A stretch of 64,000 nucleotides of DNA from Paraspadella gotoi (GCA_051294375.1 CM119266.1:24431897-24495896); one strand, 5' to 3'. Counted from the first letter of the stretch, positions 24,809-39,347 are shown. Numbers and translations are program-made. Notes: a model not told the origin generated them from the sequence alone.

Positions 24809-26420
24809 GGGGGAGAGTATGAGAGAGGAGAGAGAGAGAGAGAGAGAGGAAGAGAGCAGAGATTATACTTGTTGAAAAAACAAAAAAGATGGCAGAAAAA
24901 AATACTTCAATACTTCGGATCTCAGGGAGAGAGAGAGAGGAGAGAAGGAGAGAGGAGAGGAGGAGAAGAAGAGAGAGAGAGAGAGAGGAGAGAGAGAAGA
25001 AGAGAGAAGAGAGAGAACCGAGAGAGAGAGAGTGAAAGAAAGAGAGGAGAGAAAATTTTGCAGTCTATTTTTCGCTCTGGGATCTCATTTTTTTCTTGTC
25101 GTTTCAAGCGCGCGAGGAAAGAGTTCTCGGAGCGCATAGGAACAGATGAGGCGAACACACAGGAATCCAGAATGAACAGTGGGCGGTGACTATTCGCTAA
25201 ACAGACAAAGTAGATATTATTGATGAATCACGTATAAATTCAATCAGGAGTTAAATGCCAATTGTGTGAAAACAAGATCTGATAAAATAGTTATCACGAT
25301 CCCAAAGTAGGATTCTTGAAAACTGTTTCCTCCTAAGAAATTCCAGATTAACCGTGCTAGCGCAGTTCCACTACGTACGTAAAAAAGCAGAATTTACTGC
25401 CTTGGCGCCGTTTCCTTTTTTTTTTTTCCTTCGCGATTGGTCAGGTGAAGGTTCGTCACGACCCTTTCTTGGCGCAGGCAAAAGTTTCTTGAGTCGACCC
25501 GTAGACCCGAACTTTGCACACGGTAGCGCACGGCACCCGATGAACGTGACTGAAAACGAACAAGAGACCGACGCAAAACGAAAGGCCTTGAGGCGAAATA
25601 GATTGTTCAATACCCGAATGCTCGTTAGACTCCATAAAAAAAATATTTTTTTTAGAGATGGCACAATTAACTAAAACATTGGGGTAGTTTTGGAAGTTAA
25701 TAGCAACAAGGGGGTGTTACGAGTGACGATCTTAGTAAGTCTTGTTATACTGTTTTGTTGACTAAACTCTATTTATAGTACCAGTAAATTTTATAAATGC
25801 ACGTCGGTTGCGTGATAAAAATACTAATTGATATATTCAGAAGAGTAAACTGAAAAAATGGGGATCGCGATTGATAGAAAGGACTCACACTCAAAAACTT
25901 AGATCAACCCTTTTTTTTATAACAGAGAAAGAACTAAAAGTTAAGTCAGAGCAAACAAGCGAATCCGAAATAGATCTCATCCTTCTCCTGCGGAAGATCT
26001 CTGTCTCTCTCTCCGGTCATTCCTGTCTCTTATCATCATTCTCATTCTCTCTCTCTCCTCCTCTCTCATCATCCTCGGATCTCTCTCTCTATCTCAATCC
26101 AGGACGGCATTTCCCTGTCTCTCTAATCATTCATGCAATTGCTTCCTCCGGTTTCATCTTCTCTGCCATTAATATTATAACGGAGTTTCTTGTTCTCTTG
26201 CGTCGCTCTCCACTTGGATCAGGCTCTAAGTTTTTCCTCCGGTTTACGGCGGTACCTAGTTAATATGAAACGGGCTCCTCGAATTCGGTACTCTGCGGGT
26301 CTAATCAATTTTGTAAGGGGCAATATAAATTGGGCAGAAGATATTCAGGCGCGTCGGCAAAAGGAATTCTGGGCAGTAGCCCTTGAATGCAACAAATACT
26401 CGCTAGAAGAAGAGAAGAAG

Positions 26421-26456
<36 letters not shown>

Positions 26457-29400
26457 AGAGAGATAGAGAGAGACGAGAGAGAGAGAGAGAGAGAGAATAT
26501 GGCATGAGAACAAAGTAACGAGGTTGCAAAAATCCAATTTGCGGGCATTGGAAACGCATGCAACATTGCCCAAGACTTGAACTCGAATAAATTAATTTAG
26601 AGAGAATTATTGTATTTGACTTTCTGTTTTTGCATATTTAAAAATTTAAAATTGCTATTCCCAGCAGAACGATTTTTTTCGTTTCATCCTCTAGAGAGAA
26701 TTATTTAAAAAAAGTGGAAATGCGTAAAAAAATACTGCAAAATATCCGGGAAACTTTCGTTCGTTTTTCGTCTCTCGATGTCGGCACGATTACATCATTT
26801 GGACAAAAAATCCCAGTCCACCCGAAGCGCCCTTTGTTCCGATGTAACCTAAAGTACCATTTCACCCAATCCTCTTACTAGTCACTATTGTTCCGATACA
26901 AACCTCCGCTTCACAGCCGCCGCGCCCCGCCTTACTGCCCGGCTCCCGTTGTTTTTACTGCGGCTTTAGGGGTCTTGTTAATTAAGGTCACGGGGTAAGG
27001 GAGTGAACCATAGCGTGATAATGCCACCGAAGGACGGAGAGAGAAAGTCTGAGGAAGAAAAAAGGAAGAGGAGGAGGAAACGAAAGAGGAAAGATGAGGA
27101 GGAGGAGGAGGAAGGAGGAGAAGGAAGAAGAAGAAGGAAAGGTGAAAGGAGACGCGGATGCAATTCGGGTTTTTTCGAACTCTGAAATGGCCATGCGGGG
27201 TCGATTTTGGCTTTCAGGATGGGAAGGCGAGGCGGAATCGCGGCGCCTTACATATGGACCATTTCGAACCGCTGAGAAGGGAGGGGTTGGGGAGGGGAGG
27301 GAGAGAGAGGGGGAGAGAGAGGAGAGAGAGGGAGAGAGGAAAGCAGAGCGGGAGGGAGTGAGAGAGGAAAAAGTAGTTTGAGAAAGAAAGAGACGTTCAG
27401 ATAAGCAAAAAAGATACATGGCAAACTAATGAGTGCTTCATTTGAGAATGTTCCTTTTTTTCGTTTCGTTTTTTGACAAAAATGATTAGTACGCGCTTAG
27501 TATCTTTGGTAGCCTTAGTAGTCTGTTGTAGGGCCCGCTTTGTAGGCATCATTGCGGACGGAAATACTTAATATTCATAATTTCTCTCAAGTGATTTTTT
27601 GCATTCTATTCTATTAAATAACACTCCTCTAGCAGTGCGACCCCCCCAGGTTTTTTCACTTACTTCTCTTTTTCTTTCTTGGTTTCCCTCATAATATTAC
27701 ACCTCAACGTCACTTACTTACTCTTTTACCCTCACCTCACCCCTTTCTCCATCACTAACCCACTCTGCCATCACCCACCCACTCCTCACTTCTCACTCAC
27801 CCTCGAAACCCATTCGCGTTATTTACTGCACCGGATATTGGACTTTTAGGAGTCATAACTTCATGGTTGAATTTCTTTTCTTGCCGCCCGGATTTCTTTT
27901 CCCCCCTGCCTTCTTCTCTCTCTCTCTCTCTCTCGTCTCTCTCTCTCTCTCTCTCTCTCTTTCCNNNNNNNNNNNNNNNNNNNNNNNNNNNNNNNNNNNN
28001 NNNNNNNNNNNNNNNNNNNNNNNNNNNNNNNNNNNNNNNNNNNNNNNNNNNNNNNNNNNTCTCTCTCTCTCTCTCTCTCTATCAATTTCCTTTCTTCCCT
28101 TTCTCCTCTTTTCGCCGCTATCCCCCACAAAAAGCTTGTCAAAAATATTGTGAAATAAAGATTTTATGTCTGTTTACAGAATTCATAAGCTCGTCACCAT
28201 TTCCTTTAATACGACAACTTTTGTTTAGAACAATTAAATTTATCTACATGATTTTTTTTCTTCTGAGATGTCGTATTTTTCTATCCGCGAAATTTTTGTA
28301 AAGTTTAGTTTCATCTTTTCAACTTGAATTAAGCTTTGAACCTTCACTTCTTTGCTTCTTTGTTCAGTTATTCATATATCCATCTTTCCCTTTATTTCCT
28401 CTTTACTACTTCACAAAGACTATCACACTTTTCTTTTCCCAGTCACTCATTACCTCACTCCACCCGCTTCTCACTCATTCCATTCTTCTCTTCTTTCTCA
28501 ACTTACCCTTCACCAACCTCAGTACACCAACCCCCACCACCTCTGTAGAGCGAGTTACCGAGGGGATCCTCGGTCCGGGAATTCGTGGACAACGAAAGAT
28601 GCATACGAATGGTTTCGTTCTCGCCCTCGCTTTGTCCCTNNNNNNNNNNNNNNNNNNNNNNNNNNNNNNNNNNNNNNNNNNNNNNNNNNNNNNNNNNNNN
28701 NNNNNNNNNNNNNNNNNNNNNNNNNNNNNNNNNNNNNNNNNNNNNNNNNNNNNNNNNNNNNNNNNNNNNNNNNNNNNNNNNNNNNNNNNNNNNNNNNNNN
28801 NCCTTCCATAGTTCTCTTTCTCTTTCTCTCCTTTCCTTCATTTTCTCTGCCTTTCATTTTATTTCAGTATATAGTATTGGAATAAATTTAAGCACTATGT
28901 TTGGAAATATTTTGAAAAATTGATTGCCGATACATGATGTCTTTGGGAGGCTGATTGGATCTTAGTGATGTGATGATTTGTCTATCACCATAAGGATTAG
29001 ATCTGATTGGTTGGGTTGATTGAGTAGATTGATTTTACCCTCATCTACTCAAGATTGATTCAAAATGATCCAGAACTGTTATTGGTCTCTTTACTGGATT
29101 GATTTAACTCAGTTTAGTCCAGCGAACTGATGCTTTGCTGTTTTGATATGATTTTTTTTTCTGTGCTTCTTGTTTTTTCTCGATTATTGCATTTTGTTTT
29201 ATTCTTCTCATTATTCACATAGTTGAACGAGAAGAAGAGGAGGGGGAGAGAGAGAAGAGAGAACAGATGAAACGAGGTAAAACTGAGATAGGCTCTGGCT
29301 TAATCTAAAGACTTGGTCTCCGAGTATAGTCTGGTGAAACTCATTATTAAGCTGTGGAAGCCAGGAATACTGTGGTCGAGTGACATGGGGGGTAAGTCAA

Positions 29401-32400
29401 CTCGGTAGTACAGGGATGCCCTGAGACGCTAGCCTTTTTTGGGAGATGATAATTGTAATAACTTCATGCATGCGCAGATGTTTCTAATTCATACACAGTT
29501 CGCCGGAGAGCCCGAATATAAAATATGAGCATTCATGACTTCATTCTAAATGTTCTAATTACTTTTTTTTTTGCTGAAAAGAAAACAGCAACAAAATTAA
29601 TTGCGGATGTGTTGACAAGAGTATGCTTATGTCAAACGAATAAACACGTAAACAAAAAAAAGGAAAATAAAAAAGGAAAAAAGAGATTCAGGGACGACAA
29701 AGTCAAAGCACACTCCGTCCACTAGGATCGCGGCTGATGAGACGGGCAACTGACACAGCGGGACTTCGGGAAGCAAGCAGGAGTTCCCGATTCTTCGCAC
29801 TGAAAGCGCAAGACACGCAAAGTCTCTCTCAATAAGAAAGATGGCTTTAGACGTTTTGCGATAATCTAGAGGCCTGCATTCGTGATGTTGAGTTTGCGCC
29901 ACAAGAAAAGTCATGTTTTAGGTTTGTAGAATACATCACAGGTTTCCTAGGTCCAGCCAAAGGTAGGGCTGACAATCCAAAAGGGATGAAGCCAACGTCG
30001 GCGCCGGAGCAGTCTTGGGCCACTCATACATTATTGAGGCATAAGTTTTTGCCATGACGAGGGGCTCGGATTCCAGGGAATATGTGGGGTTGAAGATGGT
30101 GTATGACTAACTCTTTACAATCCGAGTTTGGCCTCATTTTAAAATGATATGCATTCCCATGACAAGGGATATCCTTCCCCTGGACCGCTCGGCATCTACT
30201 AGGTACAATGAGTCTCTTGACATGCGTCAGACTTTAACCCTTTGTTACATTATTCGATCTATTTTTTTAAAAAAAATCGATTTTTTTCACACTATGAAAA
30301 TTTACTTCTCTCGGCACTTAAAGGATTGTAAAATAGTAAGAGATCGAGTTTCCCGATTGAGATCTTGAAAACCAGGATGGTTTAAAGACTCGGTTTAATT
30401 AGAGTGCCATGGAAATTAGGTATTGCAGCCTGCTATATCTTGTATACAACATATTATAATAGATTAGTTATTAGAGTTGTAGGCCGCGGCTTTTGTTTTT
30501 GGGGTTCAAAAACCAAGGATGTAATTTTTTTCTTTTTGACAATGGTTCAAAAATGCCACTAGTCTCGGCGTTGGATGATCTAATTTACAAAAAATATTTA
30601 ACTGTATACTTTAGAATCCTTGTATAGTCCCATTTGCTCACTTGTATATAGATAATAAAAACATTGCGAAATTTTGAGAGTGTAAAGTAGTTTAATAAAT
30701 TACTGTTTGTTTTGTAAAATGTAGAATAATCTTGGAAACATTAGATATCATGTGGTGGAAAAGTAAAAGTCTAAAAATATCCCTCTGCGCAAAACAACGC
30801 TTATTATTTTATATTGTGTGTAGACGATTGTAATGTTGAGCTTAAGCCGCAAGTTTAGAAACAAGTAAAAAAATACTTACCGTAAAGTAACGCGGAGACA
30901 TTTTAGTAAAGTAAGAAAAATATTGAAATATGGGCAAAATGAAGATTATGCTTATTCTTAACGTTAAGATTTTTTAGACGCGACCCAGCATGAATAAATG
31001 TTATGCATTTGCGTCGTATTTTGAGTGGGTTAAAAAAGATCATCGCAGTAGTTCTCTGGCAGAGCATTTTAGTTAAAACAATGAACAATATGAATTTTGA
31101 GTTAATTAAAATTCTGGTTGAACCTGTGACAAAAAATTTTTGTCGAGATTGACCGAAACTCATATAATGTTGTATGAGCTAACAGTATAGGCGCCATCTT
31201 AAGGGACTACTAAATATTAGAAATCAATAATAGCTTGGCAGCGTAATATAATAAGATGTATGAACTGATGTAAAAAAATGGCCATCGCTAAAATAATTAT
31301 CGCTCAAGATAAAGTGGCTAATAAAACTGTTCACGAATTTTTATTCATATTGATGACAATCATCTCACAACCCTTTTGAGTACTGCGTATATGTGTAGAA
31401 TTCTTAACTTTAAAAAGAAAATGGTACTACATAAAATGTCCAAGTTTATGCAACTTTAAAAAAGAAAAATTTTTGGGCCTATTTTTAAGGTGGTATTAGA
31501 ATTGTACGCCGACTTAAATTTCATTAACACTCAGGATGGGACAATAGAGCCAACGGTTTGAGACTAATTTTAATGTGTTAAAATATCAGCTCAATTGAGA
31601 GCGGCAAAATGATAGAATGCTTATATTGATCCCGTGGAAAAGGGAACACTTCTGTCGCAGTTCGCGGTAGCTATGTGAAGATGGGAAAAAAGTAATAGTA
31701 AGTGTTAACTAGATCATAATGAATAGGATAATGATCTGATAATAGAGTAATATGAATATATCAATGGAAAATGATAGATGAATATAATAATAATTAAATA
31801 GATGAAATATATAAGTATATCTAATGAATGACGGTAATGTTTTTATAAGTGATAGTGCAGAAGAAAGAAGCAAAGAAGATATGTCGAATTTTCATGAGGA
31901 AAAGAAAGACTAACGTCGGGATATTAGCTCCCGTCAAAACGGTCCAATAGCGAGCACGATTCGTCTGATAGACGTAACTCCTGCTCTGCAGTTGTCCGAC
32001 ATGTCCAGATACCGGTCGGTCCACCATTCTGTCCTCAGCTGATCGTCCGTTATATTTTCAAAGAGTTGTAGGTAAGAAAATAAAAATGGCCTATCCGCCC
32101 GCGCGGCGGGCTTTATTTCGGCGTTCGATGGCGCGAGCAAAACGAAAAACCAACGTGCCAAGGCCGAATGACGCGCGTCGACTTACAGCCTCAGCGCGCT
32201 GGGAGTGCGGCGGCGACGGGCGCGCACGCAGCGGCGATGCGCACGGCGCCGGAAAAAGCTCGGCCTGTGGCGGCGGCACACCCACTCGCCGCTCAGGAAA
32301 GAAAAAAAAAAGGTTTCGTAGTATAAGGCTTAAAGTCTGTTTATAGCTCCGCGAGTGACGATGGAGAACATTGATGGATCCAACGAATTAACTCGTGACG

Positions 32401-35400
32401 ATACTAAGGCTGTGATCATGTTTGAGAATTACTCAGTAAACGTAATCTGCGCGAGCATCGCTTGAGGAAGTAGGAAAGCGGCTTAGGTCGTCGTCGTCGG
32501 TCCGGTCAGTCCGGTCCTCGGTTGTTTGTATGATTCAGCGCTCTGTCGGTCGTTGCTGTCGACGCGCGAGCGGTGGACACAGTCTGGCTTGACCCTGATA
32601 TTACTCTGAACTCCCCAAGGCGCTCTCTCCCTCTCTTCGTTTGTGCGGCCGGTGGCAGGTCAAGCCTATTTCCCCCCGTCAAATTTAAAAGATGACTTGA
32701 GACCCCTGGGCAGTCCAACTATGGTTCGTCCAGCAAAGACACCGAAAGAGAGGAAGTAAAGAAATGTCAGAGAGGGAGACGCCCGCGCGAGGCACACCCT
32801 ATCTGGATGGCCCAGTGGGCGCTTCTGCTCCTCGTATTTATCGTCTCCTCACGTCGCGTCTCTCTCACTCTGCATCTATGTCTCGCACTCCTCGTCTCTT
32901 TCTCCTCTCACGTCTCTCCTCTTCGTCTCGTCCATCTCAGTTCTCTCTCTTTGCTGAACGCCGTCATATTTCATGCAGGGACGCTGTCGGGTAGATAGAG
33001 CGAAATGTATTGGGATTATGTGCCATTTTTCTCTTTCTCCGCTAATGTTCTCTTTTAACACTGTCAAGCTTCTTTTTTTTCTTTCCTGTCGTTTTCTTCA
33101 TAGAATATTTTAGCTTGTTGTTTTTCACGTTCTTCTTTTCTGAATCGTATCTTATCGTTTCTTTCCGTCTTTCTAGATCGTTCTGATCCCACTCTTTCCC
33201 GCAGCTTTTTTTACTTTTTTCTTGGGTCCTTAGTTTGTGACCTCGTTCTTTCTTCTCATCTTTTTTATGAGTTGCATTTCTGTTCTGATCCTACACTGTG
33301 GTCTCTCCACTTTTCCGCCGCTCTGCTTGAGATTACGTTTTCTAAATCATGGCTCAAGATCTGTCTTTTGCAGTCGCCGCCTGCGGACTCGAGTAGAATC
33401 ACGCAATGCAGTGCATGGGATAGGAGAAATATCGAATAAATTCAGAGCTAATGTCCGAACTCCACTTTTATGTCTTTTCGTTTTTTTGTTACTTTAATCA
33501 GCTGTTTTATTTGCTGTCCTCCACTCTCTCTCTCTCTCTCCATCTCGTCTCTCATGTGACTGGTCCAACCTGCGTCTCGGTTCTTTATCTTTCCGGCGGA
33601 CAGTTTCAATATGAAGCAGCTCGGCCCATCGCGTTTAATTCGGTTTTAGGAACGGGATGGGGAAGTCGAGAGAGAAATGAAGGTGGAAGCAAGAAAGCGA
33701 TTGCAAGAAACGAAATGAAAAAGGGATTACAACCGACGAAACGGAAATAAAAAAAGAAATGAATGATTTAAAATTGAAAATAAAGAAAGGAAAGAATGAG
33801 GTATAATGAATTAATGGTCCGAGGATGGGATACAGGATAATATTAACGGAATAGGAGACCTGAGAGAAAATTAGAAAAAAGTGGCGCGTGAAAAAAGAAA
33901 TGAAGGAAACTCGGCAGATTCCGGATTCAATTAGAATGAAGAGTGAAAAGGCAACAGCGGCGGACAGCCAAAAACAAGAAGCAATGAATCGGATTAACAA
34001 TGAAACAAATATTGATCTGAGCTAGCTTTACGTATTGTAGAGGGCTGAGAAAAATTGCCTAAGAGAGCAATTCGCTGAACAATGAGGGTTATAGCCACAT
34101 CTTGAGCCATCTCAGAGTGGGCGTCTTGTCAGAACGCGGATGCGGCGAATGATTCAGGCACCTCGAAAGACGGAGAGAGAGATTAACGACGTACTGCTCG
34201 GAGAATATTGGGCCGCAGAGAGGCCAGTGTGCGGAACATACGTATGCATCGGTGGAGCGTCGTCAAGCGTGTAATCGGTCTGGATGCGAGTCGTTGTGGC
34301 TGTTGTTATGATCGAAGAGAGAGCCAGCAAGCACGTCAGACTTTTTAATTTACTGCCGCAGTTAATTGTCCGTGGTTTTCATATATAAGCATTCGAGGAC
34401 ACGGTTTTAAGAGTGAAAGGTAGCGTGCGGGTCAGTAGATTTCTGTGTCGTTGAATTGATTTTTGTGGCAGGATAAGCATCAGTGCAGGAGTATCTCAGC
34501 ATGGAAGGCAGTTGGATATGTCAGTTGTTAAAGAACAAGGTAGAGTTGTAACTAATTTAACTCTCCACGAGCGACGGAACTGAGATATCCCGCTGACCGA
34601 AGCGTGTGCAATTTATCCGGCAAAGCGCAGCTGGCATCCTTTTCCGAGTTGATGTGTGTTAGCGAGTTTCTTTGGCTCTCTTTTCTGGCTTCTAGGTAAA
34701 AAGTCGTCGGAATCATATTGGGTAAGAAGATATACCATGCTTATTGAAGCTATACGTAATCCGCAGCGTTTCGGTATAGTTTATCGAACTCAGCCTGTGC
34801 TCTAGCTGTGTGGAACGGAGAAGAGCAAGCGAGAGAGAGAGAGAGAATGAGAGAGACGAGAAGAGAGCAGGAGAGAGGGATGATGTAGTGGAGCGAGAGG
34901 AGAGAGTGAGAGGAGAGAAGTAGAGCCAGACGGAGAGAGAGATGAACTACTGGTGGCTGACCGCCTCGTAGAGTGAGGCTACTGTCGACAGACATTGCTG
35001 GTTTACAGGGAGTGTCAGGACTTGACCTCTCCGTCGCAATGTATGTCGAAAAAGAACGTCCTGTAGTCTGCTAGGTTTTGTGATGTTATGTGGTCGGACG
35101 ACACAGCGAGCGCGCGTCTTGTCACGCTCTCCGAAAACAGCAGAGATTCTGTTCCTCGGACGCGTCAAGGCTTCGGGGCAGTGGGCACGACTCCCGGTGT
35201 CCACGTCGCGCCTGTGGGTGCCCTCCTACTTGACCCGCTTCTTACTGCTGCATCCACACAGGCCAATCACCCCGCTACCTGCTTAAGCGTACTGATCCTT
35301 CGCTGACCGCCTGCCCGCGTAGAGGTGATGTTGGACTTTGCAACGCGCACCCTTCGGCTCGGTCGGTCGCTCGGTCGCGCCCGCCCCCGCTCCACATCCA

Positions 35401-36394
35401 ACCCTCTGGAACACGGTATTCGGCGTGGGAAGTCGGACAAAACCCTCCGGGGGCTGGCGCTATTAAGGGAGGTGGGCGCCGGTCTCGCGGCGCCGTCTGC
35501 CTTCCCGGCGGTGGCCGATGCTCCTCGAACCGCTCCCGCCGCGATCCGACGCGGCACCGACCGGACGGATCACGGGGCCGAATATTCACGGCCGGCCGGC
35601 GCACCGGGACGGGCGCGGACGGGTTCGAAATACCGGTCGAACGAAAGACTCCCGACCGCGGAGATTGCCGAGATTTGTCTTCTTTTTTTTTCATTTTCTA
35701 TTCGTTTTTCTTTGTAAGCGGTGCACCTAGCGAAGCCATCGCGCGCGGTCGTGTCGCGCGCGCCGCAGGAGGGCCGAGTCGCTCGGGAATCAGGATTGGA
35801 GGATAAGCAGTGGAAGGAACGAACAAGAGGAGCGGGAGAAATCGTGACCGCCGAGAGGAGGTCAAGTGGCGTGCCCAGGGAATGGGGGAGGGGAAAGAAT
35901 CGAGGCGAAAGCGAAATGGAAGCGACCAAGATAACTGAAAGAGAATAAATACAAGGAAAAGGTAGAGAGTAAGATGTAAGCGTGATAGGGGAATCAACGT
36001 GGAACCGCGCCACACGTTCATGTTATGGGGTGCGCGTCTAGTGAAGTAATGGTCGTTGAAGATAACGAGAGCGAGGAGGCAATTCTACAGAGACCAAAAG
36101 GCAGTGACCGTTGGGCAAGACAAGAATGCTTCGTCTTGGTAGGTATAGGAGAAATGAATAAAAGGGACGAAAAAAAAGGAAAATAGGAAGAAAGGAGGAG
36201 AAGGGCAGCCGGATACATGGAAAGAATGAGAGGGCGGCGGACGGGGGGCAGTGGGCGGGCGCGTCCAGAGGGACCAAGAAAGGGCGTTCGGCGGGTAGAG
36301 GAAGAGACGCGGGGAGACCGGAGACGCAGGGGTCGCGAGACTGACGCCTCCTGGAGCGTACGGAAAGGCAGCCCGGCGGGCGGACAGAGGAGAA

Positions 36395-36427
<33 letters not shown>

Positions 36428-37643
36428 AGGAGAGAGAGCAGAGAGGAGAGAGAAGAGAGAGAGAGAGAGAGGGAGAGAGAGAGAGTGAGAGAGAGAGAGA
36501 GAGAAGGGAAGGACGGCCCGGGAGACGCATATCCGCAGCATGGAAGAAGCTGACAACGGGGACCGGGAAGTCGCTGGCGTCGCTGGTCGACGCCGGGTCC
36601 GGACCAGCACGTGCGGCGCGCAATACCGCGCCGCCGCTTGTTTCGCTCTAACTCCGCCCTATGGCGGCGCAGCCGTTCCAGTCCGCGCCTCCTTCGGGAC
36701 GCCTGTGAGCTTAGGTTTCGGCCCTGCGCCCGATTCTTCCGGAAGGCGGCGGCGGTGAACTGAAATCTCGGAGCCCTCTATCCGCGCGTCGGCCCAGACC
36801 GAGCTAGGAGAGCGAGCAGGGTGGAATAGGAAGGGCGTTGGAAAGGGAAGGTTGGGCTGCGGCGTTGATGAAGTCCGGGCCTGTAAGACGAGGCAGCCGG
36901 GGTGTGGCGACAATCCGGACCACCGCTCCAGGCGGCTTATCCGACCGCGCTTCGTCATGAAGGAAGATGGGAGAGGAGAGAGAGAGAGAGAGAGGAGAGG
37001 AGAGAGAGAGAGGAGAGACGAGAGAGAGAGAGAGGAGAGAGAGAGCAGAGAGACGCAGAGATGAGTTACAGAGAGAGAGAGAGAAGTGGAAGGCAGACCT
37101 ACTTCAGTTCTATACGTAGAGTCGCGGAAACCCGAAGTGCACGGCAGGGAACAATTCAGGTGCCGGTTGTAACCAATATTTCTTGCCGAAACCTCAATTC
37201 CGCCGACTCCTCTCTCCGAGGTACCACCTTTCCTTTGTCCCTTTTTTTTGTTTTTTGCTTCCCGGCGTTGCTCTCTCTACTCTGCTTCCGCTCATCGAAT
37301 CTCTCATACCTCCTTATCCCCGGCTTCCCCGCCATCCTGAAGTCTCCCCTCGGGCCGCGTGTTTTTTCGTTCTTCTCTACACCGGCAACGTAAAGCGCCT
37401 CACGCGTCGAGTAGAAGAAGAAGGAAACAAAAAGAAGACAACAAATCTCTAATCCTTCGGCTCCGTTAACCGCCGCCCCGTCGCGCCCGCCCGCCCGACA
37501 CGGCCCGCCCCGCCGCGTGGCGGCGGGGACGCCGCCGCGGGGCCGGCGGTCAATGAGCGCCGGCGACGCCGCCGGCGACGCCTGGAGCCAAAGCCTCCCT
37601 GCTCGACGACCGACAGATTAGCGCTCGTTAGCGGCACGGGGCG

Positions 37644-37657
37644 CCGATAGAGGGCGC
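37644..37657 (+). promoter_or_regulatory. CTCF-like motif
   Basis: CCGATAGAGGGCGC against the CTCF core consensus CCRSYAGRKGGCRS: one mismatch. Confidence 0.35.
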
Positions 37658-38429
37658 CGGCTTCGGATGCTTCCGCCGTTTAACGCCGCCGCAGGGGAGA
37701 GGGGGAGGGAAGAGGAGAGAGGGAGAGAAGGGGGAAGGAGGAGAAAAGGGAGGGATAGGAAGAGAGATAAGTAAGGGGAGTTAGGGGAAGAATAATAGAA
37801 GAAAGAGGCGGCCCGGAGTTGGCGTAGAAGGTGGGAATTAAGATGACATTTCGCAAGCCCAGAGGGAAAAAGAGGATAGCAAAACAGCAAGAGTTGATTA
37901 AACTTAAAATCACGTAACAGAGGACATAGAAATGTTTACTAGAATAGAACAGAAACGACAGAAAAAACAGAGAAAATAGAGATCGCAAAAGGGGAAAATT
38001 GATAGGATTCGCCTCGGAATGGAAGGTGGGAAAGGAATTTCGTCTCAGGAGGTGCGGCCGCAATGAACCGGCAGAAACATCATAACGGTGGCCGATGTTG
38101 GTGCCGGTGCGCGGGGTCGAGCCAGGTTCCGGGGCCGTCGCATCCGACCGGTTCGCCCGGATCGGGAAGGAAAGGGACTCCCCTTGCTGAGGCAGACAAT
38201 TCGATCAGGAGGCAAACGACGAACGACGACGACGAACAACCGAGCGAGTGGAAAAGAACGGCCTCCCGAAAAGAGGCGGCGCGTCTTCGCCGTGCGTGGC
38301 TTTGGCGTGACTATGAAGGGCGGCGTCGGCCGCCGGCAGGCGCTTCCGGCGGCGGTGGCGGAGCCGACGAGTAGATGGAGAAGGAGGCGGCCGAAGCGGC
38401 ATCCCAAGTGTGACGCTCCGTCCGGAGAA

Positions 38430-39299
38430 GAGTAAAGGATCGCGTCAGGAAAGAAAGCGGAAAAAGTTAAGAACAAATCCGGGGGAAGGAACGGGAGGAG
38501 AGGGGGAGGAAAGGGAAAAAGGAGGAAAGGAAAAGGAAAGAAGGAAGAAGAAGAATGGGCAGGTTGGATAAGAGGAGGGGAAGGAAAAGAGGGAGGAGGA
38601 AAGGAAGAAAGAAGGAAAGAAGAAAGAATAGGGAGTTTTGGAAAGAGGGGGAGAGGAAAAGAGGGAGGAGGAAAGGAAAGAAATAGAGGAAAGAAGAAAG
38701 AAATGGGAGGTTTGAAAGAGGGGGGTAAGGAAAGAAGAGGGGAGGGACGGAAGGGTGGAGAAAGTGAAAGAAAAGAAGGCATGAGAGAAAGAGGGAGAAA
38801 GGATCGGAGCGGTGGATAAAAGAAGGAGAAGGGAGGAAAGTATAAAGAGAGGTGAAATAGAAAAGAAGAAAAGAGGTGGAAGGGAAGCGGAGATATATTG
38901 TGACAAGAAAAAGATCGGAAAGAATAAAACTGAGTTAGGGATAGATAAAATAAAAACAGTGAAATTGAAGAGATAAACAGAAGAAAAAGAAAAGACTCCC
39001 GGCGAGGCGAGAAATGGAAGAAGGCGAGGGAAAAGAAAATAAAAGGGAAAAACTAAGAAAAGGTGGCGGGAACTGTGGGGAATAGGAGGGAGTGGAGCCG
39101 AAAAAAGAAAACTGAAGTAGAAAAAAGGGAAGAATACGGAGGAAAAAGGAGGAAATCCGAATGAAAAAAGGAGGAAAGGAAACGAGGAAGTAAAAACGTT
39201 AGGAATGGAGAAGATGAGATGAGTTGAAGAAGCTGCGAGTTTTGCGAAATTATGGCGGGAAAAAGAAAGAGTGGAAAAGGAGAACACAGAGAAGAAGGA

Positions 39300-39347
<48 letters not shown>

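Noticed and set aside
37082-37120. RSGRQTY resembling the Antp-class homeodomain start, and CTTCAGT..TATACGTA resembling miR-iab-4
   Set aside because: No helix 1-3 sequence follows in any frame, and there is no 5' hairpin arm (upstream is a GA repeat).
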